DNA of 64,000 nt from positions 2,048,001 to 2,112,000 of the forward strand of contig CM075999.1 in the NCBI GenBank assembly GCA_038087875.1, read 5' to 3'. A program made the position numbers and the translations under genes. Position 1 is the stretch's first letter. Each line of letters opens with the position of its first letter. Source of the stretch: Malacoraja senta. Lineage: Eukaryota. Shown here piece after piece: positions 36,004 through 47,176 of this stretch. Under the pieces are notes generated by a model. It was not told where the DNA came from, did no database searches, and saw only the letters and a list, made by a program, of their open reading frames with translations.

Positions 36004-37559
36004 TAATGGATATGGGAAAAAAGCAGGAATGATCAGCCGTGATCATATTGAACAGCGGTGCTGGCTCGAAGGGCTGAATGGCCTACTCCTGCACCTACTT
36101 TCTATGCTTCTATGTTTCTATGTTCATATTCTCTAGCATTATCATAAAGATGAAAAGGTTGGCATCTTGCCAAGTATTTGTCCCAACATCATTGTTCATG
36201 TCATATTGTTGTATCGGGGACGATGAGTGCATCATATTCTTCACTGTAACAATGACATTAAAAGTAAAGTCTCTAATTGGTTGCAAAGTGCGTTGGGGTT
36301 GTTGTGAAAACCTTGGTTCCAATGCGTTCGTTCTTCATGAATAATGTGAATATTCCCCACGTGGAATCTCGTTTGCAAACGCTTGACAGGTCTTTCAAAC
36401 GCCAAACCTGTCACTTTACGGAGAAACACGGAAATGGGGAAATGTTTAATTTTAATGAGGGAAGTTCAAGTGTGGGAAAAAAAATCTCCAGGGATTCCCA
36501 TCGTCAGATCGCTCCAATAATCCTTAATGCAGCAGCGTGTGTGTGTGTGTATATATTGAACATTTGCACGGTGGCGCAGCGGTAGAGTTGCTGCCTCACA
36601 GCGCCGGAGACCCGGGTTCGATCCCGACTACGGGTGCTGTCTGTACGGAGTTTGTACCTTCTCCCCGTGACCTGCGTGGGTTTTCTCCGAGATCCTCGGT
36701 TTCCTTCCACGTTCCACAGACGTGCATGTTGGCAGTGGGTTCCGTACGCCCACCAGCCTTTGTGTAAAAAACTTGCCCTGCTCCCCCCCTCTCAATAGAC
36801 AATAGACAATAGGTGCAGGAGTAGGCCATTCGGCCCTTCGAGCCAGCACCGCCATTCAATGTGTTCTTGGCTGATCATCCCCAATCAGTACCCCGTTCCT
36901 GCCTTCTCCCCATATCCCCTGACTCCGCTATCTTTAAGAGCCCTATCTAGCTCTCTCGTCCAGCTTTCTGACATATGATGAAAGAATGGATCAACTGGGC
37001 TTATATTCACTGGAATTTGGAAGGATGAGAGAGGATCCTATAGAAACACGTTAAATTCTTTAGGGATTGGACAGGCTAGATGCAGGAACAATGTTCCCCA
37101 TGTTGGGGGAGTTCAGAACCAGGAATCACAGTTGAAGAATAAGGGGTCGGCCATTTAGGACTGAGATGAGGAAAAACTTTTTCACCCAGAGAGTTGTGAA
37201 TCTGTGGAATTCTCTGCCACAGAAAGCAGTGGAGGCCAATTCACTGGATGTTTTCAAGAGAAAGTTAGATAGAGCTCGTGGGGCTAATGGAATCAGGGGA
37301 TATGGGGAGAAAGCAGGAACGGGGGACTGATTTTGAGTGATCAGTCATGATCATATTGAATGGCGGTGCTGGCTCGAAGGGCCGAATGGCCTACTCCTGC
37401 ACCTACTCTCCATGTTTCTATGTTTCTCCCCCTTTCGACAATCAGCCTGAAGAAGGGGCACGACCTGAAACGCCACCTATCCACGTCCTCGAGAGGATGC
37501 TATCTGACACGCTGAGTTACTGCAGCACTTCATGTCTCATGAGAGGATCTTTCAATTGG

Positions 37560-37763
37560 AACGTCCCCTGGGGGAGATGGCTTCTTCAATCAACTTCCAA
37601 CGTCCCCTGGGGGAGATGGCTTCTTCAATCATCTTCCAACGTCCCCTGGGGGAGATGGCTTCTTCAATCATCTTCCAACGTCCCCTGGGGGAGATGGCTT
37701 CTTCAATCATCTTCCAACGTCCCCTGGGGGAGATGGCTTCTTCAATCAACTTCCAACGTCCCC
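37560..37763. repeat. 39-bp minisatellite, 5.2 copies
   Basis: AACGTCCCCTGGGGGAGATGGCTTCTTCAATCAWCTTCC, contiguous, with no spacers. Confidence 0.97.
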
Positions 37764-38038
37764 AGCAAGAATGAAATTTCTTCCATGTTTTAATTTCCTT
37801 TGAAACTGAGTAGGTTTCTAGGGTCAAGAGGTTACAGGTCAACCACTGTAAATTATGTGCACTGAGTAATTTCTCAACCATGAATCAAGTCCATTGCAGT
37901 GAGTGTAGTAGACCAGTGAGATGTGAGGAACAGCATGTGGCTAATTTGTGCAAAGCTTCTACTTGGGTCTCCTTGCCCACGGCTACGCATGCGTGACAGA
38001 ACACATCATGTATGACGTTACACGTGGATCACGTTGTC

Positions 38039-38683
38039 AAGTGGGGGGGGCCACCATCGACTCCACAGTCAAAAAGGCACAACAGAGGATGTACTTCCTG
38101 CGGCAGCTGAGGAAGCACAATCTGCCACAGGCAATGATGGTCCAATTCTACACGGCCATCGTAGAGTCTGTTCTCACCTTCTCCATCATGGTCTGGTTTG
38201 GCTCAGCCACCAAGCACGACACCTGGAGGCTGCAGCGAATCGTCCGATCAGCAGAGAAGGTTATTGGCTGCAACCTTCCCTCCATTGATGAACTGTACAC
38301 TGCAAGGGCCAGGAAGTGAGCGGGAAAGATCATCTCTGACCCCTCTCACCCTGGCCACAAACTCTTTGAATCACTTCCATCTGGAAGGCGACTCCGGACT
38401 GTCAAAGCTGCCACAGCCAGACATAAAAACAGTTTTTATCCACGAGTAGTTGCTCTACTCAACAGCCAAAAACCTGTAGCCTCCCTTTGATCTGGTATTT
38501 TGTTGGTTCACGTGCTTGATCAATGGTGTTTTATCATTAATGTTTTATTATTATTAATGTTTAGTGTTTTCTGAGTCATTCGTAACTGTCACTGTATGTC
38601 ATGTTGTTACTTGTGGGCGGAGCACCAAGGCAAATTCTTTGTATGTGAATACTTGGCCAATAAACATACTTACTTACTTACTT
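38039..38683 (+). mobile_element. Rex1/Babar LINE 3' fragment
   Basis: KKAQQRMYFLRQLRK..FYTAIVESVLTFSIMVWFGS..LQRIVRSAEKVIG; (TTAC)n tail; near-identical copy at 59685-60169. Confidence 0.87.
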
Positions 38684-40204
38684 AGAATATAAAAACAGGA
38701 ATGTAAAGATGAGGCTTTCTAAGGCACTGGAGAGACCACATTTGGAGTATTGTGAGCAGTTTTGGGCGGTATAGCTGAGGAAGGATGTGCTGGCGTTGGA
38801 GAGGGTCCAGAGGAGGTCTACGAGAATGTTCCCAGGAATGAGTGGGTTAGCGTATGATGAGCGTTTGACGGCACTGGGCTTCTACTCGCCGGAGTTTAGA
38901 AAGATGAGGGGGGGGACCTCATTGAAACTTACTGAATAATGAAAGGCCCGGATAGAGTGGATGTGGAGAGGATGTTTCCATTCATAGTGGGAAGCTCCAG
39001 GAGCAGAGGGCACGGCCACAGAATTAAAGGACGCACCTTTAGAAAGATGAGGATGAATTTCTGAGTCAGAAGGTGATGAATCTGTGGTACTCATTGCCGC
39101 AGACGGCCGTGGAGGACAAGTCATTGGGTATTTCTTAAGGTGGAGACTGACAGATTCTTGATTATTATGGGCGTCAAGGTGAATGGGGTTGAGAGGGAAA
39201 GATAGGTCAGTCATGAAGGATGGCGGAGTGGACGCACTGAATGGCCTAATTCTCCTCCTATGACTTATGAACATGAACTTATCACCTGTGAACATCAACA
39301 GCACTGAGGTGGGAACCGATAGCAGTCTTAATTTAGTTTAGTTTAGAGATACAGCACGGAAACAGGCCCTTCGGCCCACTGAGTCCGCACAGCCCAGCGA
39401 TCCCCGAACACTAACTCTATCCTACACACAATAGACACTAGACAATAGGTGCAGGAATAGGCCATTTGGCCCTTCGAGCCATTCAATGTGATCATGGCTG
39501 ATCATCCCCAATCAGTACCCCCGTTCCTGCCTTCTCCCCATATCCCCTGACTCCGCTATCTTTAAGAGCCCTATCTAGCTCTCTCTTGAAAGCATCCAGA
39601 GAACCGGCCTCCACCGCCCTCTGAGGCAGAGAATTCCACAGACTCACCACTCTCTGTGAGAAAAAGTGTTTCCTCGTCTCCGTTCTAAATGGCTGACTCC
39701 TTATTCTCGAACTGTGGCCCCTGGTTCTGGACTCCCCCCAACATCGGGAACATGTTTCCTTGCCTCTAGCGTGTCCAGGCCCTTAACAATCTTAACAATC
39801 ACACTAGGGACAATTTACAATTCTTATCAAAGCCAATGAACCTGCACACTTGTACGTCTTTGGAGCGTGGGGGAGAAACCGGAGCACCTGGAGAAAACCC
39901 ACGCAGGTCACGGGGAGAACGTACAAAGCCCGTACAGACAGCACCCATAGTCAGGATCGAACCCGGGTCTCTGGCGCTGTGAGGCAGTGTCTTGGTCCTG
40001 GTAACAACAAGAGATTTGCTTCTTTAATACACCAGATGGATGTTTACAAAGATCAGCCAAAGTCATGCACAACACTGCCAGTTTTTTGTTCCTAATTAAT
40101 TTATTTAATTGATTCAAACTCAAGATGGATGGAATTGAACCCAGATCATTAGCTGTGTTGTTTTGTGTTTCTAGGGAGTGTCTCAACCACGAAAGAAGAA
40201 TCTG

Positions 40205-40604
40205 AAGATCGACACAAGATGCCGGAGTAACTCAGCGGGTCAGGCAGCATATCCGGAGAGAAGGAATGGGCGACGTTTCAGGTCGAGACCCTTCATCAGA
40301 CTGAGAGAGAGTCAGGGGAGAGGGAAACCAGAGATATAGACAGTGATGTAGAGAGAGATATGGAACAAATGAATGAAAGATAATGAATTAAAGTAATGAT
40401 GGTAATGGAGGCCATCGGTAGCCGTGGGCCAGGTGAAAATGAGTTACAGACAGCGAGACTGAACAAGATGACTTTGAACCTCGTACAACAAATTGGGTGG
40501 GGGAGGGATGGAGAGAGGGTTACTTGAAGTTAGAGAAATCAATATTCGTACCGCTGGGCTGTAAGCGAAATATGAGGTACTGTTCCTCCAATATGCGTTA
40601 GGCC
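40205..40604 (-). mobile_element. Penelope-like element 3' fragment with an intact hammerhead core at 40272-40299
   Basis: Minus strand LEEQYLIFR-LQPSGTNIDFSNFK*, 3'UTR, then CUGAUGAAGGGUCUCGACCUGAAACGUC. Confidence 0.8.
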
Positions 40605-43600
40605 GACATTTCCTTTCTCTGTTAATCTGGTTCAGTTTGTTAAGTGAAGAGGAATTTTTTTTTTAATGCTGTCGGGGATATATTTTCATGTGTTCTTTAT
40701 CGATCCATGGTATGTCATGCAGAGGGCTGATTGAGGAGCAGTCACATGCCTTTAACTACACGATAGCAAGCATCTAACTGCCAGAGAGAAATCGATGAGC
40801 TCGTGGCTACATGGTGTATCACTGTGCCATTATCGTCTGTGAAGAGCTCACACTGCTTTAAATTGTGTACTTTCAACATGCCTGTAGCCCGCGGCAGGCT
40901 TCAACATCGTGTAACATTCAGCAAGTTGACTCACAGGACATGCGATTAGGTGGAGCTGATGAGACGGAAAAAAACATGTTACATTCGAGTCATAGAGAGA
41001 TCCAGCGTTGAAACAGGCCCTTCGGCCCAACTTGCCCGCGCCGACCAACATGCCCCATCGACACTAGTTCCACCTGCCCGCGTATGGACCAAACGCAGGC
41101 AGGTGGTGTAGATGATATGTGCATGTACCTTTAACATAGTGACCTCACCACTACTAACCACACCCCACATAATCAGTGCGTTATGACGCATCTTTACAGG
41201 TGGGACTAGTGTAGATGGGACACGTTGGTCGGCGCGGGCAAGTTGGGCCGAAGGGCCTGTTTCCACCCTGTATGTGCCATAGTCATCGAGTCATACACTG
41301 GCCCTTCAGCCCAACTTGCCCACGCCGGCCAGCATGCCCCATCGACACTAGTTCCACCTGCCCGCGTTTGGCCCATATCCCGCTAAACCTGTCCTATCCA
41401 TGTACCTGTCTAAATGTTTCATAAACGTTGGGATTGTACCGGCCTCAACTACCTCCTCCGGCAGCTCGTTCCATACACCCACCTCCCTTTGTATGAAAAA
41501 GTGAGCTCTCAGGTTCCTATTCAATCTTTCCCCCCCTCACCTCAAACCTACGTCCTGCAGTTTGGGATTCTTTGCTAATTGCTAATTCCTTGCTATCTTT
41601 GTGTTTCATGATCAGCATCACTCAGACAACATTCTGCTTCTCTCTCCTGGTAAGCATCTGCTTTTCTATCTTTCTGAACAAAGTAGGCAACCTTACATCC
41701 CCCCGCTTTATGCTTGGAGAGATACAGCCCGGAAACAGGCCCTTTGGCCCAACGAGTCCATGCTGACATCGTCGAAGAAGGTCTGAAGAAGAGCCTCGAC
41801 CCGAAACGTCACCCATTCCTTCTCTCCAGAGATGTTGCCTGTCCCGCTGAGTTACTCCAGCATTTTGTGTCTGCCGGATGGGATATGGATTACCTGCAGG
41901 TAGATCAGAGATGGGTCTTGGCATCGTGTTCGACACAGACGTTGTGGGCTGAAGGGCCTGTTCTCGTGCTGTACTCTTCTATGTTCAATCTCCTCTGGCA
42001 TGGGAGGAATCCAGAGGACCCGGAGGAAACCCACACCGTCACAGACTGAGCAAAACATGCAAACTCCACACAGACAGGTCAGGATCGAACCCGGGTCTCT
42101 GCCGCTGTGGGGCAGCAGCTCTACTAGATGGGGCCCTCTCCACAGGATGTAAATATTATTGACATGAGCGAATTAATAAATGAACGAATACTTTATTGTT
42201 GCATGTGACAAGTCACGGAGAAAGTCTTTGTTTTGGTCACTCAAGGTATGCAAAGAGTCACCACCTAGAGGGCACCGACACGCCAGGCCCTGCCCCGCCC
42301 CCCTCCCCCCACATGGGGTCCTGGATATGGACATGGATAACCCTGTGAGGATGAAGAAGAAATAAAGATAAAATCATCATTTATAAGTAGGTAAGTTCAT
42401 GGGTAGTTCCTCCTTTGGTGCTGTCTTGTTATGCAGTTAAATGTCCGTGACAGGGTAATTAATCCCCCGTCTACCCATATTATGCAAGTCAATTGAAAGT
42501 CAAGAGAACTGTGTATCATTGCCTTGACTTTACCTTCAATACCTCCAGTACATTGAAACTGTTTAGAAAGCAACAGACTTGACAAAAATGGAAATAAACG
42601 CATCATTTGTGGAATAAATTTGATGTGCAACATTTTGCAGCGCTTTAAGTCATATTTAATTTAATTTGACTTGAAATAATGTTGATTTATCCCACACACA
42701 CGAAAGCAATAACTGGCGATCACATCAGGAAGGCTACTGACTAAACGGCCAAATCTCCCATTAATCTTCATCGCAGTTTCGGAAACCGAGAATTTTCACT
42801 TCTGTGATCATGGGTTTGCTACTTTAATAAAAAAAGGAGAAATGAGAGTTTTCTCCCAACACCAAACAATTCCACGGTGGCGCAGCGGTAGAGTTGCTGC
42901 CTCACAGCGCCAGGGACCCACGTTCAGTCCTGACTACAGGTGCCGTCTGTACGGAGTTTGTACGTTCTCCCCGTGACCCGCGTGGGTTTTCTCCGGGTGC
43001 TCCGGTTTCCTCCCGCACTCCAAAGACATGCAGGTTGGTAGATGAATCGGCTTGGTATGAATATAAATTGTCGCTAGTGTGTATAATGAGTCGGTACGGA
43101 CTCGGTGGGCCGAAGGGCCCCGTTTCCGTGCTGTATCTCTAAACTAAACTAAACTAAAATAAATTTCCTTTGAGGGAAGTGGGACCTAATTGGTCTGTTG
43201 AAAGGAAAGTCTTTAGACTTTGGGGATACAGCGCGGAAACAGGCCCTTCGGCCCACCGAGTCCGCACCGACATGCGATCACCCTGTACATTAACACTATC
43301 CTAAACACAAGGGACAATTTGCATTTACACCAAGCCAATTACCCGACAAACCTGCACGTCTTTGGAGTGTGGGAGGAAACCGGAGATCCCGGAGAAAACC
43401 CACGCAGGTCACGGGGAGAACGTGCAAACTCCGTACAGACAGCGCCCGTAGTCGGGATCGAACCCGGGACTCTGGCGCTGTGAGGCAGCAACTCTACCGC
43501 TGCGCCACCATGGGGAAGGAGGGAGTAATGGGATTGTTATGGGTAGCTACTGAAGGCTGTGGAGGCCAAGTCAATGGATATCTTTAAGGCAGAGATAGAT

Positions 43601-43946
43601 AGATTCTTGATCAGTACGGGTGTCAGGGGTTATGGGGAGAAGGCAGGAAAATGGAGTTAGGAGGGAGAGATAGATCAGCCATGATTGAACAGCGGAGTAG
43701 ACTTGATGGGCCGAATGGCCTAATTCTGCTCCTATCACTTACGACCTTATGATAGCCAGCCAAGTCTAGAGGGTGTGAATGGCCACATTCTGTGTCATGA
43801 GGGAAAGAGACACAAGCAGTTTATAAGCTGACACTAAAAATGTGCTCTTTAACACTTTAAATTGCAATAAATGCGGTTTACTGCTGAGTCGTAGAGCTTG
43901 AAAACGAGGTCTACCGCCATTAATTCCCTGCCTTTTAAAAGTGCAG

Positions 43947-44260
43947 TAAAAATAATTTAATGACTCAGAAAGTATATTTCCAGAGAAATAAGGAAGAAAA
44001 TCTGATTTTTTTTTTGTGATATGCAATATAATTGAAATTATTGAGCAATTGTTTCGCCTAATAAGTCAGTAACTGTTTTTTTTAACTTCGAATCACACGC
44101 GCATTGTGTTTCAGGACTCAATACATTTAATAATCATTACTAGAAATGAAAGAACAATTTGCAAATCTATATGGCACCTTAATATGGAACCTTATGTGTA
44201 GGAAGGAACTGCAGATGCTGGTTTAATACGAAGAAAGACGCAAAATGCTGGAGTAACTCA
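43947..44260 (+). repeat. Diverged paralog of the DIRS flanks (empty insertion site)
   Basis: Matches about 26831-26916 joined directly to 31585-31810. Confidence 0.92.
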
Positions 44261-44588
44261 GGCTGTCTCTCGCTCATTCGCTCTCTCCCTCTTCCTCTGT
44301 CTCCCTCTCTCTCCCCCTTTCTCCCTCTGTGTCTGTCTCCCCCTCTCGCTCCCTCTCTCACTCTCTCTCCTCTCTCTCCCTCCCTCTGTGTGTCCCTCTG
44401 TCTACCTCTGCCTCCCTCTCTGTCTCACCAATCACCCTCAATGTCTACCCCATTGCCTCTGCACTGTCTCCCCCACAGTGTTACCCTCTGTCTCTCCCTT
44501 GTGTTTACGCAGAGCCAGTAGACCGTGCAGCCTCTGGTCTTCATGCTGTGTCTCTGGAGCACCTGCGGCAACAGTGAAAGTTTCCCGT

Positions 44589-45143
44589 GACGTTCCCAGT
44601 GACATTCCCAGCGACATTCCCAGTGACATTCCAAGTGACATTCCAAGTGACATTCCCAGCGACATTCCCAGCGACATTCCCAGCGACATTCCCAGCGACA
44701 TTCCCGGTGATATTCCCAGCGACATTCCCAGCGACATTCCCGGTGATATTCCCAGCGACATTCCCAGCGACATTCCCAGTGACATTCCCAGCGACATTCC
44801 CAGCGGCATTCCCAGCGACATTCCCCGTGACATCCCCAGCGACATTCCCAGCTGCATTCTCGGTGACATTCCCAGTGACATCCCTAGCGACATTCCCAAC
44901 GACATTCCCAGTGACATTCCCAGCAACATTCCCAGTGACGTTCCCAGTGACATTCCCAGCTGCATTCCCGGTGACATTCCCAGTGACATTCCTAGCGACA
45001 TTCCCAACAACATTCCCAGTGACATTCCCAGCGACATTCCCAGCGACATTCCCAGTGACGTTCCCAGTGACATTCCCAGCTGCATTCCAGGTGACGTTCC
45101 CAGTGACATTCCCAGCGACATTCCCAGCGACATTCCCAGCGAC
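44589..45143. repeat. 12-bp minisatellite (GACATTCCCAGY), about 46 units, with higher-order blocks
   Basis: Direct inspection; the variant run TGCATT..GGT..CCTAGC..CCCAAC recurs at about 44852 and 44961, and partially at 45081. Confidence 0.97.
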
Positions 45144-46175
45144 CCCTCCCTTCCAGCGGCTCCTGCCCGGCCCGGGACACGATGATGGTCTGAGAGAGGA
45201 GTGGAAGAAAGGCCGGCACGGTGACTCAGCGGTAGAGTTGCTGCCTCACAGCGCCAGAGACCCGGGTTCAATCCTGACTACGGGTGCTGTCAAGGTGGAG
45301 TTTGCACGTTCTCCCCGTGACCCGTGTGGGTTCCCCCCGGGTACTCCAGTTTCCTCACATCCTAAAGGCGTGCGAATTTGTAGGGTAATTGTCTTCTGTA
45401 AATTGTCCCCTAGTGTGTAGGATGAGAAACCGGGATAACGCAGAACTAGTGTGAACAGGTGATAGTTGTTCGACGCAGATTCGATGGGCCGAAGGGCCTG
45501 TTTCGGCGCGGTATCTCCAACTAAACTAAACTAGTGAATGGGTGATAGCTGGTCAGCGTGAATTCGATGGGCCGAAGAGCCTAGTTCCGCGCTGTATCTC
45601 TAAACAAAACTAAACTAGACCAGTGTATGTGTGATCGCTGGTCAGCACGGACTGGTGGACAGAGGAGCCTGGTTCTACGCTGTATCTCAAACGTAAAAAT
45701 CTAAATTAAAATCCCCCCCACGATAAGATGCATCTGTCCCGGATCAAGGACAGACTCCTCCGGGCTATAAATAGGATTTATTGGCTTAAGGATGGATGCA
45801 AGGTTTGCAGAATCAAATCTAAAACAAAGCCTGGCCAGACTCCTGAGATAAAGTATTGGCTGCAAATCTATCTTGAACGCCCCAGGATATTTGAACAGCA
45901 AACATACAGCCAGAGAGTCAGACAGAGAGAGAGAGAGATTCACAGAGCATGGAAACAAGCCCTTCGGCCCCACTGAGTCCACGCGGACCAACCACACCTC
46001 ACCTCCCATCCACACCTCGCGCTGCCTCGGCAAGGCCAGCAGCATAATCAAGGACGAGTCTCACACCCGGCCACTCCCTCTTCTCCCCTCTCCCATCGGG
46101 CAAGAGGTACAGAAGTGTGAAAACAAACGCACACACCTCCAGATTCGGGACAGTTTCTTCCCGGCTGTTATCAGG

Positions 46176-46569
46176 TCAGGTCGGGGGGGAGTTCCCCCGC
46201 CACTGGTGCCATGTAAACCCGCGCTACCTGCTCCATGGCCGGATAGTGGGCGACTAAACCGTCTCCCCCACCCCTGGTATTGCCAGGTGAGGAGGGGGCT
46301 GTGGACCCCCAGCAGGACCAAAAACAAGACTTGTCAAAGGGCGGATGATCCAACGGCCATCCACACTTCAGTAGAAGTTGCGATCACTGTCGTACACGGC
46401 ATTGTAAGGAACGATGATAAAAGCACACACACACACACCAAAATCCAAGACTTCCAGCGGCGGAAGTCCGCAGGAACTGGAGGACAGAGATGAGTGGTGC
46501 GTCCGTTACCGTTCCCGTCGGAAACCGGTGCCACTGCGTCGCTAATGTTTTCAACGATGATGGTGATGA
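46176..46569 (+). mobile_element. Short non-autonomous retroposon, probably RTE-derived, inserted in a Rex/Babar fragment
   Basis: 10-bp TSD TGTYATCAGG (46166-46175 and 46570-46579), (GAT)n tail; the uninterrupted host sequence is visible at about 32560-32615. Confidence 0.6.
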
Positions 46570-46976
46570 TGTCATCAGGCAACTGAACCATCCCACCACA
46601 ACTAGAGAGCGGTGCTTAACTACTATCTACCTCATTGGTGACCCTCGGACTATCATTGATCGTACTTTGCTGACTTTACCTTGCACTAAACGTTATTCCC
46701 TTATCATGTATCTGTACACTGTGCATGACTCGATTGTAATCATGTATTGTCTTTCCACTGACTGGTTAGCACGCAACAAAAGCTTTCATTGTACTTCGGT
46801 ATACGTGACAATAAACTGAACTGAAACTGACAGGTGTAGAGGGGATACGGGCCAAACGCAGGCAGGTGGACTAGTGTAGATGGGGCATGTTGGTCGGTGT
46901 GGGCAGGTTGGGCCGAAGGGCCTGTTTCCACACTCTCTCCATGACTCTGGGCTAGTCCCATATCCCCGCGTTTGTC

Positions 46977-47176
46977 NNNNNNNNNNNNNNNNNNNNNNNN
47001 NNNNNNNNNNNNNNNNNNNNNNNNNNNNNNNNNNNNNNNNNNNNNNNNNNNNNNNNNNNNNNNNNNNNNNNNNNNNNNNNNNNNNNNNNNNNNNNNNNNN
47101 NNNNNNNNNNNNNNNNNNNNNNNNNNNNNNNNNNNNNNNNNNNNNNNNNNNNNNNNNNNNNNNNNNNNNNNNNNNN
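46977..47176. other. Assembly gap (200 N)
   Basis: Run of N. Confidence 1.

Noticed and set aside
42534..42558. Minus-strand 25-nt microexon with plausible splice sites
   Set aside because: Frame-shifting length, no partner exons and no recognisable peptide; expected by chance.
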